Shown here: positions 36,655 through 50,778 of the stretch, piece by piece | Layout: every line of letters begins with the position of its first letter | Position numbering within the stretch: the first letter of the stretch is position 1 | Assembly: GCA_023213395.1 (NCBI GenBank) | Contig: CM041465.1 | Location: forward strand, 153,271,741 to 153,335,740 | Direction: 5' to 3' | DNA length: 64,000 bases | Source of the DNA: Cycas panzhihuaensis | Lineage: Eukaryota > Plantae > Cycadophyta | Notes under the pieces: model-generated | What the model was told of the DNA's origin: nothing | Database searches by the model: none | Seen by the model: the letters and a program-made list of their open reading frames with translations, nothing else | Made by a program: the position numbers and the translations under genes

Positions 36655-39600
36655 ATCTCCCACCTGTTGAACACTTTATAAGAAAACCTGCATACATAAC
36701 TACTGAATGCCAAAATCACAAACACCCATTACAATTCTACACCATTTAAATTTTTTAGTGCTAACAATCTTAGTCAATGAGTATGAAGCATTCTCTTATA
36801 TAACAATCTTCTATAAATCCACCTTGTGATCTTGAACTATTTCCCTCATAAAATAGAACCACATATTAATATGCTTCCACTGAGCATGATAAATAGGGTT
36901 CTTTGTTAGGTATATTGTACTTTGACTATTACAATCTATCCTCACAACATCCTACTTAAAGCCAATATCTGTGCATAATCTCTGTAACCAAACCACTTCC
37001 TTGTACACATGAGTAGCTTCTATATACTCTACTTCTATGCTAAAAGGTACTACAACTTGTTATCTTTTACTCATCCAGTCGAATGTGCCACCACAAAGGG
37101 TAAGAACATACTCGCTTGTAGATCTTCTAATGTCAAGATCTCCAGCCCAATCAACATCAACAAAACCTCTTAGGTTCACTATTCTACACTCCATGGGATC
37201 TCCTTGATAGTAAATTCCATAGTTTGATGTACCTCGTAGATACCTAAAAATCCTTTTCATAACCACCCAATGCTTCCTGCCTGGGTTTGACATATACCTG
37301 CTAACTACTGCCACTGCATGGGCAATGTCTGGTCGAGTATAAACCATCGCATATATTAGGCTACCAACAACACTAGCATAAGGGACAAATGCCATGTCTT
37401 CAACATCTTGGTGAGTCTTTGGGAATTGTTCAACTAATAGTTTTAAACCAGTAGGAAGAGGAACATTAACTAGTTTACTATCTTGCAACATGAATTATTG
37501 TAATATTATCTCAATGTACCATCTTTGGCTAAGCTAAATCTTCTTGTTTCTCCTATCCCTTTTAATCTCAATGCCTAAAATAAAATGTGTAGCACCAAGG
37601 TCCTTCATCTCAAAGTGATATGCCAGTTGGTCTTTCACAAGTTGGTTCATTCCTTTATTATTACAAACTAAAAGTATGTCATCAATATATAAAGCCAGAA
37701 TAACAAAATGATCACCAACCTACTTATAATAAATGCAATGATTTGTTTTACTATACATAAAGCCATCTGCTAACATATATTAATTAAACTTCTGATACCA
37801 CATCCTTGGTGATTGTTTCAAGCTGTATAATTACTTCTTTAACCCACATACTATATTCTCTTTCCCTACAACTTTAAACCCTTTGGGCTACAATATATAA
37901 ATTTCTTCCTTGAGCTCACTATGAAGAAATGTAGTCTTCACATCCATTTAATGCACTTCAAGATCATCGGAAGCTACTACAACCCACAAAAATTTAATTG
38001 AAGCAACTTTTACAATAGGAGAAAATACTTCACCAAAATTTATTCCCTTAACCTTGGAGTAGCCCTTTGCTACCAAATAGGCCTTATACTTTTCCACAGT
38101 ACCATCTGCTTGAAACTTCTTCTTAAAGATCTATTTATTATCAACAAGTTTTCTGCCATTAGGGAGATCCACCAAATCCTACGTATTACTTTTATTTAAG
38201 GCCATCATTTCTTCCTGCATGGCCTTCATCTAGAGTTGGCTCTCTTTTGACTCTAGAGCCTCCTAAACAGTACCTAGATTACCATCTGTAGCAAATAAAA
38301 AAGAGGAGCAATGAAAGTATTTAGGAATATACCTATCAGGCTGTCTTCTCTCACGAGTTGATCTCCTCAAGATGTGGGGTTCTTGAGGTTGAGCTACCTA
38401 TATAGCTGGTTCTTCCTCTTTAGTTGACTCATATTCTGATATAGAATCTTCATCATTTACTTCAAATTTTACCTTCTTAGAGTGTTCCTCCTTTGGTTCT
38501 TCATACTTCTTTAGTTCTTCATACTGCTTTAGAGACTTGAACTCCTCTTTAAAGACAAAATCATAACTATATATAACCTTTTATGTTTTAAGGTTATAAA
38601 GCTTATATCCTTTAACACCATCACAATAGCCAATGAAAATAATCTTTTATGCTTTGAAATCAAGCTTAGTCCTTTGCTATTTAGGAACATACACAAAAGC
38701 TTCATAACCAAACACTCTAAGATAGCCAAGAGATGGTTTCTTACCAGACCATACTTCTTCAGGGGTTTCATATACTAAGGCAATTATTGGTGATTTGTTT
38801 ATCAAGTAGCTTCCAATCATCACAGCCTCCACCCAGAATTTCTTCTTTAATCCAACATCACTAAGCATACTCCTCGATCTCTCCAACAAGGCCTTATTCA
38901 TACTTTTAGCAACCCTATTTTGTTGTGGAGTATAGAGAATTATATTGTGCCTTATTATCCCACACTATTTATAGAACTGCTCAAATTCCTTTGAGCAAAA
39001 CTCACCTCCATTATCAGTCCTCAGTACCTTGATCTACCTGTTACTCTAATTCTTGACCAAGGCCTTGAATTCTTTGAATTTATTGAAGACTTCAGATTTT
39101 TGCTTGAGAAAGTACTGCCATGTCTTTCTTAAGAAATCATCTATGAATGAGACAAAGTATTTGGACCCACCCAATGAGGGTACATCAACAGGTCCAAAAA
39201 CATCGTTGCTTGAAGGAAAATTGACTCGATTCTATTTACCATAACAATGCTCACAGAAATCAAAATCAAAAGAGTAATGAATTCCAGAGATGTCTTTTAC
39301 CATATCTTTGGAGAATAAATCATGGAGGCCTTTCTCTCCAATATGGCCCAATCTCTAATGCCACAATATAGATTTACTAGTAAGTGATATTTAAGTCCTA
39401 CCTTTGTTATTGCCACTTTCTATAATAATTGGACTATAACTTCCAACACACACCATACTTACATTAAGCTTGTATAACATTCCAAATTAGACCCCTCTTG
39501 CCAGCATAAATGCTCCTCGAACCATTTTACGGTTGTCTTTATTAAAGATCACTTCTATTCCTGCATTACCCAATTGACTGATAAACAACTGACTCATAGC

Positions 39601-40739
39601 TAAACTAGGAATATGACTTACATTAGAGGTAGTTTTAACTCTTCTATCCCCAAATCAAACCTTTACCTTTCCATAACCCACAATTTTATATGGATAATGA
39701 TCCCTAAGAAATACCTCACCTCCATCAATCCTTTTGTATTCACAAAACTAGTCCCTATGAGGAGTGACATAAAGTGAAGCACTGGAGTCAATTAACCAAG
39801 ACTTAATATTTGACAACTTACCTGAGGTTGGCAAATAAACATCGACATCAACTTCATTAGAGGCTTTTGTTACCGTGGAAGAAGTAGCTTCAGGTGACTT
39901 TCCCTTGTCAAACTTGACTTGACACTAGCTCTTCATATGGCCAACCTTCCTATATCTCCAGCATACCAAAGGTCCTCTACTTGGAGATTTAGATTTTCCT
40001 CTGGATTTTGGTCATATGTTCCTAAGCCTTTGTTGGTTGCAATCCAACATTCAACCTCTCACTTCTAATACTTTTTTCAAATAATCCTTTAGAAGATTTT
40101 CACCTTGTCTCTTCTGATAGCAAAGCAATAACAACATCATCAAATTTTAGGGTGGTAAGAGTCATGCTGTTAATCGTTATTACAATATTATCCCAGGAAT
40201 TAGGAAGCAAACATAACAAGGTAATACACTTGTCTTCTTCAGACATTGTTATCCCAACTAAAATAAGTTGGCTCACCATGGTGTTAAATGTAGTGAGATA
40301 ATCTGCAACAGCAACTCCATCACTCATCCTGAGTGAATACAACTTTTTCTAAAGAAATAACTTATTAATAAGGAATTTGTCTGATATAAAGCCTCTAACT
40401 GTCTCCATAGATCTTTGGTCGTAAACTCTGTGGCAATATTCAATAACAATGTGTCTAAAAGGCATAACCTTATCGAACTAATTACATTTTAATCAAGCTT
40501 CTTCCTGTCTTCATCACCCATAGTTGTAGGCTTTGTTCCTTCTACAATGATCCACTAATCCTTCTCGATGAGGATATCTTCTATCTTTAGCTTCCATAGC
40601 TTAAAGTTCTGATTATTAAACTTTTCAATCTCCATCTTTGTAGTACTTTGCATGATCTTTGCATTCAAGTTTACTACATAAGGCTCCTATTTACCAAATA
40701 GATTCCCACAGAACTAAAACCCTTAGCTCTGATACCAAC

Positions 40740-41169
40740 TAAAGAGAAAATATAACTACAGAAGTAATGTGATAATAGAACTCTAAACCAAGCAAAGAAC
40801 AAATAACATAAACAAATCAATAACTTAACAAAGAAAACTACGAGATTCAGGTCTAAGCATAGACCTTTCATTAATCTAAGCAACAACTAAAGAATTACAT
40901 AGATGAATGAACCTCTACTCTTCTCCTTGACTCATCCATGACTATATCATATTACATGTGTCGTTACATAAGAATATACATACACAACATTACAAGATAC
41001 CACCTTGTGGTTTTACAATACAATGGGCATAAACCACGGGCTGACAAATACCCCCATAAGACACCCAAAAAAATTTCTCAGGGGCTCCTGCCCCCCGAAC
41101 CCCCGCCTGGGAGGCCAAAAACCCCCCTAGGACTATGTAACACTTGCAAAGTGTTCAACATATCTAATA
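40740..41169 (-). repeat. 5' LTR of the Tork-like element
   Basis: Direct repeat of 36159-36654, adjacent to the PBS. Confidence 0.93.
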
Positions 41170-44100
41170 GTCTTTACCTATGATTTTCAATGAACTGATA
41201 ACCCATATACCACCTCTTAATAGTCCATGAATAGGCCTCCTATTTCACTTAGAAGAGAGGGTAATTTTTGTAACAAAATATTACTAAAATTTACACCCAA
41301 GTGCTATCATAATTTGTGACTTTGAGTCACTTATTGGATAGTCATCTTGGAGGAAGATGATATTGCTATTAAGTGGTGGATAGCTAGAACCTAGAAGATT
41401 AAGTCATTTGCCTAAGTTTGGGGTAATTCTATGGTGATTTCCATCTATGGTGTACAAATTTGACCATTGATTTTGGCTCCAATCCTTTTCTCTTTTGTGT
41501 GATGTCTTATTTGCTTACTTCTATTTAATTGTTCTCCATCTATAGTTTATTTTACTTCTCTAACTATTGATTTCTTATGAAAAATATGCTCATTAAGGTT
41601 TAGGGGAGCCTTTGGATTATTTAAGTCTTATTTATGTTGGTGATTCACCATATTTAAGGCCTTCTAGTTACCAAAGTCCACAATGGATAATTTTAATTTA
41701 AAAACTTATAGTTTGCTTTCAATAGTTTATCAATATTATGATGCTTTCTTTCTTAGTTAATATTGTAGATTAAAGATCACTTCATAAACTTTTTAGTTGT
41801 AGGTGATAGGAAGAAATCAACTTGGAGCCTCAAGCATTATTCCTAGAAAGTAAAATTGCATATGGGGCAGGGGAGGTATTATCTATTTCTCTATAAGTAT
41901 GAGCCTCTCTATATAAATTTGATTTTACTTTCAAAGGTATTTTTAGGAATTCTCATTTAAGCTACAATCTTTTTTTCTATTGTAATCTAATATAACAAGT
42001 AGAAATACTATTGAATATTTCTTAGGTTTGACTAATAACTAACAAGCACTCTTAGTACTTGGTTTTACCTTGCATGGTAAAAATAGAGGTAAGAAACAAA
42101 AAGTGAAAGCAAAATTTAAAAGTGTGCTTAAAGGTGTTGCTTCCCTCCATTTTTCTTTAATTATTTTGTGCTTAAAATCTCACTAAAAGAGAAAGGAAAC
42201 GAACTTGATTTTCACTTCATTTTACCTTGAAAAGGAAACAAAATCACTTCTTCTCTTTTCTTGCCTTTTCATTCCTAAAAGTGAAAAAGAAAAAGTGTCG
42301 ATTGCTTGTGTACACATCTCTTCATATGTTTTTTTCTCTCTCTTCCTTTCACTTTCAGTTTAATTAGCTCATAAAAACTTTAAAAAGGATAACTAAATTA
42401 AGTTAATAGATGTTCCTACTTATAAGACTTATATTAAGATGAGGATTAAGTGTATAGTTGCAAGTCCCTAAACCCATGGTTTGTAGGTTCTTGCATTTAA
42501 TTAAGATTTTATGATGTGTGCATCCAAAAATAAAATCACATATTAGTTAATACTTGGTGTATGCTACATTGCTCTTCAATATTTTAGATTAGGTTCTTAC
42601 CTTTCTAGAAGAAAGGTCAGTTAGTAATAAGTTGGGTTTCATCTCCAACCATCATGTTGATCTTATACTTGATATTTGGGTTATCTTGCTATGTTTTGAG
42701 TGACCTAGTGATGGGTAATTATTTCCATTACATACAATCAAGAGAGTTGAGTGAGCATCATTTAAGTTATTAAGAGTGATTTCTTCTCACCTCATTTACC
42801 TCTAAAAAGTTAAGACAATCTAGAATTAGATGTGGGCATCCCCAAGCTTTTCACACTTATAAATGGGATATTATGGTGAGAAACTCTCCTCCATATCCCA
42901 CGAGTAGATCATTAACCTATAGTTCAATTCTTTTTCATCTTTCTTCTCATCAACCCTCCCTTTCTATTGGTTTACATCAATGAGCTTGTGTAATTAGTAG
43001 GTTGGCAGAGGTAAGTTCAGTACCATTAGAGGAAATAGATCCTAGGTTATATTCGTAGGATCTTGATAGCAATTAAGGCATTTATACCCTAACATCTCTC
43101 TTAGTCTTGAAGCCTTACTTTAGTGTTATTTACTTGATCTAAGGGACTTGTATAGTTAGGTTTTATCTTGCTCTTATACTTTAACTACATTTAGATTAGT
43201 GATAGTTTAGCTTTATTGTTCTTTTTTTTCTCAATTTGTTTGTTGATTGATTAGTAGCCCCACTAGGTAGCTTAATACTATTTATGTAATCCTTGTCTAC
43301 TTCCCCTTATTTTATCTTTAGTACTCAACCTTCTATCCTTCTTCACACCCTGTAACCACGCATTTGCATCCATGAGGCACATGATTTCTCATGACGAAAT
43401 CATCGAACTCCCTTCTCTAATTTAGGCCTCTTACCTTGGGTTTTATGTCAAGTCATATGAGCCACATCCCTCTCATATAAGTTACATCTCGAGTAAGCTT
43501 ACTAAGGACTTCATAGTATGAGTCATTTTCTTTTCATTAACTCCTTTCCTTGTTCCATTTGAGACTTGCTACCACGCGCGTCTTTCTTAAGGCCTCTTTA
43601 GTAGCTCACCTTGATTAAAATCACTTACCATATTATACGAGAGTGCAAAGAAAAAAACAATAATAATAACGATGTGATCCCTAGCATGGTCACCAAAATG
43701 TTTATTTAATAATGAGATTTTATTCTTTAATAAAAGGAAATATTTTAAGTCAAGATAAACCCTAGAAGAAATAAATAATTTTTTTGTCTACAAGGAATAT
43801 TATTCCTATAAGTGATGAATGAATATTTATGTGTATATATAGTCACTAGTTATATTGAAATATAGCAAGGTAAGAGTATTTATAAAGAGCAACAATGTTT
43901 ATTTTGTAAGGGTGTTTAACTTTTTTTATTGCATCAATTTATCTTGTATATTCTCCCAAAATAAATTAATATATTTCTTATTATTTTTTTCTTAGATAAA
44001 TTAATCAAATAAAATATGAAAGATAAATCAAATAAGGCATAAAGGCTCTTACTTTGTTTGTTCTTTGAGGAGGTGTCTTCACTTGATGACAAACGAGTGT

Positions 44101-44244
44101 AAACTCATATTCCTTCTTTATCCAATATTCTTTCAACTTGTAAGACAATGCTAAAGAAAATCTTTGCCAATGCGTATTCTTTGGGTGTAATGTCATCACT
44201 CAACTCCCTCTTACCTACCAGGATTGTGCACCTCAATTTAGACA

Positions 44245-45560
44245 TGTGATGCTCAACATGTCAAGGTAAGTTAAGGTAAGTTGAGTTAGTTTCATTTGAG
44301 TTAAGTTAGTATTATTTTATTATTAATTTGAATTGAGGGGTTGAGGAGTTTCCTCCTCCCCAAACTATAAATGTTAAGGGTGTACAACCCTGGTGTCTTT
44401 AGACACCACCTACTTTTGAGGAAGATTTGTAATACTCATTCTACTACAATGGATTGAACAACAAGGCTCTCATGTGTTTATGCTATTGTAATGGTGATAC
44501 ACTGCTGTATTGATGCAATACTAGTTTATACTTATTTGATATATGTTCTAACCTGTTAGTTTGCAAGCATATTTTCCTTCATTTGGTATCAGAGCAGGCG
44601 ATTACTGACCTGCTGATGTTTTGAAGAAGAACAACAGGATCTACTGGCACTCTACAACTTTTTTTTTCACAAGCAATATATATTAACTAGATTGGTTTTC
44701 TGAAATTTTTAGCAAGTTCTATATATTATTTCAGCATTTTTGATTATTATTGAGCTATATTTCTGGTTCAACAAGTATTACTGAGATCTATTTTCATATT
44801 TGTGCAGATCTACAAAGGATTTTTAGCAGCAAGTTATATACATTCAAGTTTTATTCTTATATTCAAGTTATTTTGTCTTCAGATTTACAGATTGACCATA
44901 TATTTTGTCAGTTTACAAGTTATTTGTCTTCTTATTTGGTATTTTTTGCAGATTTGCAAAAAACGAAAAAAAGGCATCAGCTGTATACAAAAGTTATCAA
45001 GTTTTTTTCAGAGATCTGCTAATTTTATTATAAATCTGCTTATTGTATCAGATTTTTCAGCATTTTCTGTTACATTTAGTTCAAGATTTGTTATATTTCA
45101 TTTCAGATTTATATTTTCCATTATATTGTTTAACTATATTTTCAAGTTTTCTACAGATCTACAATTTTTTGGAGTATTTTTAGCTTTTTTTTGGAGAAGA
45201 ATACATTGCAGATCTGTATATTGGAAGCTTTTGAAGCTTATTTTCAGCTACAAAGACAGCCACATCTGCGTATTCCAGGTTATTCTATTCCATTTTAAAT
45301 TTACATACATTTTACATGTTCTTCAGTTATTTTTCAGTTCTAAAACACATGTTTTTTATATATATCCTGCTCAAGTATATTTGAAATCTTTTTGATTTTT
45401 GCATAACCTTGAAATATTTGGTTCTTCTTTTAAACATATATTTCATGTATTTGATGCACTTTTGTGGATACACTTAACAATCTGGTTATTTTCCTAGATA
45501 TACTTACAAATTTGGCTATTTTTCGTAGATATATTTCCAAAAATCTAGCTTTTCCTTCAC
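44245..45560 (+). mobile_element. LTR (~44245-44581), Met PBS (44584-44595) and truncated AT-rich leader
   Basis: TGTGATG...CCTTCA then tt TGGTATCAGAGC; TATA aactataaat ~44363; no coding domain follows. Confidence 0.72.
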
Positions 45561-48034
45561 GTATTTCCCATTAACATTATAAAAAATTAAATAAATGATA
45601 TATAGTAGTTGTTCCAAAATCAAAGTAAGGCTATATAAGTACGCTTAACAGTCACCCGAAGACAATGCGCAAAAGAGAAAGTAAGATAAGTGAGAAGAAC
45701 GAGTGATTGTGAGAGTGATAAATAAAAAATCAATAATAAATAAATAACAAATAGAAATGTAAAATATAAAAATAAATAAAATATGTTAAAATATAAGAAA
45801 AGCAGTCATGTTGATGAAATTGTATCACCAAAATAATCTATACTATGGAAACATAGAGGAACAATTGCACAAATGCTACATGAATGAAATTAGAAAAGCA
45901 TGATATGATCATAGATAATACAATAGAAAATGAATTAGTATCCTATAATATATTATGGGTATTATAAGAAGAGATGTAGTATAATAGAGTGATATTATAG
46001 AAATTATGAAGAGGATGTACAATATGGTACTACAAAAAATGAGTAATATACATGATACAATCACCGTCATCGTATAGCAAAAAAACAATACAAAACAACA
46101 AAATAATAAGCCAAAATTTGAAAGTTTGATTACAATGAAGGAGCATGTAAGAAACTTTTGTCTAACAACAAAAATAATTTCGAAATTAGATAATGTATGT
46201 CTTATTTAAAGAGAGTCAAGTAGGGAATGGGGCAAGGGGCCTTATTTGAGTGTAAGCAAATAAGTGTAACAATTGTTCTAAGAATAAAATGACCTTAGAT
46301 TAGAAGTATTTATAATATGAATTTGAAAAATAGGTTTCTAAATTGATGTAAAAGTTAGGTATTATAGAGTCCAAATCCTTTTGCATTGTCGATGAAAGGT
46401 AAATGCAATATGCGCAGGTAACCAAAGTATATGCTCAATTACATGTAGCATAAATCAAATATCAAACAAATGTAGGCAATCAAATGCAACATAAGGCATA
46501 TGACAAGTAATGTATGCATATCTAATATGTGAGAAAAAAAAAATTATTTCCAATGTTTATAAATTTAAGGCAAGGGTTTAAAATTAAGGAAACAAATACT
46601 ACTTGCAAAAATCCCAAGGGTAGATTCACACCAAATCAATTGAACAGACATAGATCTATGTTAATTTTATAGAGCAATTTTCAGATAATATTATAATAAA
46701 TCTATAGCTATATTAAATAGATCTCAAAGTATATACTAGAATATATAAATGATAGGGAACAATTACATATTAATATTATGCATAAGAAATATCCAAAACT
46801 TAATAAGAAAGTGAAAGTTGGTTGTAATGTGGCTAAAGAGAGAAGTAAAGAGAGAGAATATTAAGAGCACATAGGATCAACTAGCATTTGGGAGAAATGC
46901 TGCAGACAATATCATTTTGTGAGAAAGAGTTAAGTCAAGAGACATCAACCCAGCTTTTTATAATGCAAATGAAATGGCTATAGATGTTCTCACTGAGTTA
47001 GTTACTGAGAAATGCATGAACACCATAGAACTTTTATTGAGTGTATCAAATCAAGCGATATGCGAATGTAATGATAAGCATCATACTTAAATCTTTGGCT
47101 AAGCAAGAGTGTTGGGAGATAACAAGAATCGAGTTTGGGAGACTAAAAGAACTATTGATGATTGTGGGAGAAGATTTAATGATCATGATCAAAAGAGGCA
47201 TGATTGATTGAGATTGAAAAGGAGTCTATTGTGGTCCATCTAACATGATTGCATTTGCAATTTTGATGGTGTACAAACAAAGAGCTCTTAAGTTATAATT
47301 TTAGGGAGTCGTTTTACTACAATAGTAGGCAGTTATTAATTGTAGTTGTAGATAGTTATTGACTAGAATAATTGGCAATTATTGATTGCAATTGCACATG
47401 ATTATTGATTGTAACTATAGGTAATTTTAAAACTATAAACAGATGATTTTGAGTTGTGACTACAAGTATCCATTAATTGTAAATGTAGAAAGAGTTGAAG
47501 TCGTAATTGCGAGGCAATTTTAGCTATAACTATAATTGTTTACTAGTGTACAATATACATGCATATAATGAGAGCTTATGTAGTATGCAAAAAACAAAAA
47601 TTGTTAGAATATTTATTTTTCTTCTAGTTTTCTCTTGGTTTTGTGAATCCAGACTTGTCTATTTGTCTTAAAAGGAAGTTCACAAATCACGGCTTAATCT
47701 AAAGTTTGTATGAAGAGGCTTAATAAATTATTTGATTGTTGATATTGACAATGAGTAAATGGTATTAATTTCATTCAACGCGTTGAGACGGGACTATGTC
47801 GTGCTTCCAACAAGACATAATTTATGAGTACGTTCATACGATTCAAGGGGGAGGACGTTGTCCTAACAGATTGGAGGATGACAACAACCGTTAGATGGCG
47901 TGAACGTTATCATATAAACATAAATCCGGGTTGTGTTTCCAGCAACGCATCACAATTTTCATTATCTTAATCAATAAATAATTCCGCTATTCTTTCACTC
48001 GACAGACTGTCAGACGGCACCAGCACTGACGTCA

Positions 48035-48108
48035 GCTTCGATAGCTCAGTTGGTTAGAGCACCCGTTTAGTAAGCGGGAGGTCTTGAGTTCAACTCTCAA
48101 TCGAAGCA
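48035..48108 (+). tRNA. tRNA-Thr: tRNA-Thr (anticodon AGT)
   Basis: GCTTCGA/TCGAAGC acceptor stem, A box TAGCTCAGTTGG, anticodon arm CCCGT-TTAGTAA-GCGGG, B box GAGTTCAACTC; matches the plant cytosolic tRNA-Thr(AGT) pattern. Confidence 0.97.
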
Positions 48109-48467
48109 TACTCTCCTACGGTAACATGTTGTCGCGTGGCATCTGCCATTTATCAGATAACGTTACCTTAATCATTTTGGCAGCTGCAGAGAAGAGCTTT
48201 GTTGGCTCCTACTACCGAGATACACCAGTCTTTCAAGCTCATTCTCAGGAGAGCATTGTATAGTATGATGTGCATTTTCGTGTAGGAAGTCTACAAGTTA
48301 ACCAGAGGTACTCCACGATCAGATCATGTGAAAAATGTTTCCAACGCACCTCCTATGATTTGCGGGTGCTCAAAAGCAAAGAAAACGAATAAAAGCCACC
48401 AATATTTCTTCGGAATTCGTCGTGTACCTCGAACCGAAACTAGGAAGGATATCAAGTGCTGCGTTTC

Positions 48468-48539
48468 TGCCTCCATGCAGGATCGAACTACAGACCTTCA
48501 GTTTACAAGACTGACGCTCTACCACTGAGCTATGAAGGC
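48468..48539 (-). tRNA. tRNA-Thr: tRNA-Thr (anticodon TGT)
   Basis: Minus strand GCCTTCATAGCTCAGTGGTAGAGCGTCAGTCTTGTAAACTGAAGGTCTGTAGTTCGATCCTGCATGGAGGCA folds as a complete cloverleaf. Confidence 0.97.
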
Positions 48540-49188
48540 ACTTTACAGGTTGCAGAATGCAACCACTACTTCTGAATCTGCAGTCCAAGTGGATTTGATA
48601 AGTTCGGAATTACGGAGAGTGGCAGATGTTTATGGGGTTGACGTGGTTATATAAAAGTTGTGTGATTTGACGGGCATTCTCACATTGTTGGACACGCACA
48701 ACTGCTCATCGTCAATGCCGCACCCACCATTTTCTGCTATCAAATGCATTTTCAATGCCCTTTTCACTTTTAATAATATTTTACACGTCCCTGTCCAAAG
48801 CAAGGCATAAGCTAAGTAGGATTCCAATGACCAAGCACATAAGCTAATAATATTAATATGCTAAATGTTTTCATAATAATCGATATCTCTTTCGTTGCTC
48901 ATGCCCATCCTAATTCTATTATGCTCCAAACCTTCCGTGAGCTGCGACTGTGTACTTTTCATTCGAATTGCATTTTATCCTTATGTTTGTCAAAGCCTCT
49001 CTTTGGTGCCACCTACATTATCCTAGTAGATATGTTTCAATTGGGCCTATCCATGTTATGGGCCTTTAATCATGGGTAAGAACTCTACAATCTAGACCTA
49101 CTATACTCTCTTCTTCTTTGGTAGTTGGCAGCGACAAATACATTATTACCCTTACTCTTAAGCCTAGGGTTCTTCTCTCCATAGAGTT

Positions 49189-50704
49189 TTAGTATATAAA
49201 TGATAACCTTTTACAATACAATCGCAGATATCTAATATAGCATCATCATCAATGCATGCGATAAATAATTACTTCATAGTGTTATATAAGAATTAATATA
49301 GAATTAAACTAGAAGATCTTATCTCGCATAAGAAAAATTATACTATTAAGAAGGGATTTGTACCTAGTCAATTATAAACTTCCTCGAGAATTTGTCCATG
49401 TGTTGAGGCATATTATATGAATGTAGGAGTACTAATTATTAGGCTTTAGACTCTCACCCTAAGGTTATCAACATACAAGTAAATAACTTTTCAAGCATCA
49501 TATGAATGACTCATAAACTCGATGACCTTATGATTTAGCCATCATCACTACAAAACCATATTTACTCATCTGTATATACTAAAAAAAATCATGGAATCCT
49601 ACTATGGTAATGTATTAGAATCTAACCAAGGAAAATACATTATGCATTAAATCTTATTATGTTTACAAGATACTTATATTGAATTCCTTATGTATCTTAC
49701 TATGTCCAACTCATATAATTATAATGTAAAAAAATACTATGGCAACATTGTAAAGAAAATCCCTCTACTTTATCTATTATAGAGTTCTTATATGTAGAAA
49801 AATTATAAGCGTAACAAGCAAGTTATTCATAGACATACAAATACAACCTTAGTCTATTAAAATTTGAATATACAATACATACAAAGGGTGTGATAGTGAG
49901 TTAAAGATAAAACAATGAAGCTCAAATACAATGAAGTATGTACAAATAAATATAAGATATGGAGAAATTATCAAAACTCAAATTAAAATGAATGATAATG
50001 TGCATACTTATAGTACAAGCTCGCCATTAATGATAGAACATCATTGGTCAATTTAAAGTTAGCACACATATCTATGTGGCTCACAACCTCAAATATAAAA
50101 CACACATAATGTAGAGAGAGTGTACATGAGGGTAATTATGTAATTAGGTATTACACATAACATTTTCGCCCTGTAATAGTTAATTACATAATGAAATATT
50201 ATATCAAATGATAAATGTCAAGTCTTCAAATGAATGCTAGATTATATGCTACTACAATAATATAATCAACTACCAATCTTCATATGAAGTGAAGTCCATC
50301 TACTAGAATGCATGTGTAACTAACCACTGCAACTGCCAGTTGAGTAGAAACTTCATTTACGTACATGGTTCAATCGGCGCTAGAAAGAGTAGCTGTAAAG
50401 GTGTCCCACCTCTTGCTTATATGAGAAATACAAGCAATCTTCAAATAGAAAGTGCCAATTCTTCAAATAAGTTGAATCATAATCTGTTATAATAATATAA
50501 TCAGCTATTGATGTCCATATAAATAGAATACCATCCACTAGAATGTATGGGTCACTAGTCACTACAACTGCCATTTGAATAGGATGTTGCTTTGTGTACA
50601 TAGTTTTATCAATGCTAATAAGAGTAGCTATAAAGGGTCCCTCTTGCTTATATGGGAAATGCAAGTAGTCTTCAAATGGCTATATAGCCTCGAATTGCCT
50701 CATG
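49189..50704. repeat. ~1.5 kb direct repeat, copy 1
   Basis: Colinear, imperfect match to 52384-53909 from ttagtatataa to aattgcctcatgg. Confidence 0.9.
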
Positions 50705-50778
50705 GGCTAAAAACATACCTCTTTGGGCTTACATCATACCACCATGGGCTTACATCATACCTTTATAGGCTAAAAAAT
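50700..50778. repeat. Short ~21 bp tandem repeat (tgggcttacatcatacc-type, 3-4 units)
   Basis: Repeat units visible directly. Confidence 0.7.

Larger units (their letters stand above)
36159..41169 (-). mobile_element. Full-length Ty1/copia element (Tork/Tnt1-like), both LTRs, decayed gag-pol
   Basis: LTRs 36159-36654 and 40740-41169; PBS 40726-40737; PPT aggtgggagat (minus) next to 36655; TSD ggctt / gtctt (4 of 5); gag MEIEKFNNQNF, PR WLIDSSAS, INT LRTDNGGEF, RT/RH VPYASVVGSLIYAM, FVDVDWAGD. Confidence 0.96.

Noticed and set aside
41800-43630. Possible Tat/Ogre-type LTR remnant (shares gttgcaagtcc with ~27512)
   Set aside because: Shared word is short and the boundaries cannot be defined
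44802-45395. 197 aa hydrophobic ORF
   Set aside because: T-rich leader behind a PBS; F/I/L bias with no domain motifs
47300-47545. Degenerate ~20 bp repeats, considered as a CRISPR-like array
   Set aside because: No constant repeat with unique spacers; eukaryotic minisatellite-like decay
48180-48390. C/D-box snoRNA between the tRNAs
   Set aside because: Only imperfect box-like words, with no terminal stem or recognisable guide
48328-48588. Short ORFs overlapping tRNA-Thr(TGT)
   Set aside because: Incidental frames across an RNA gene
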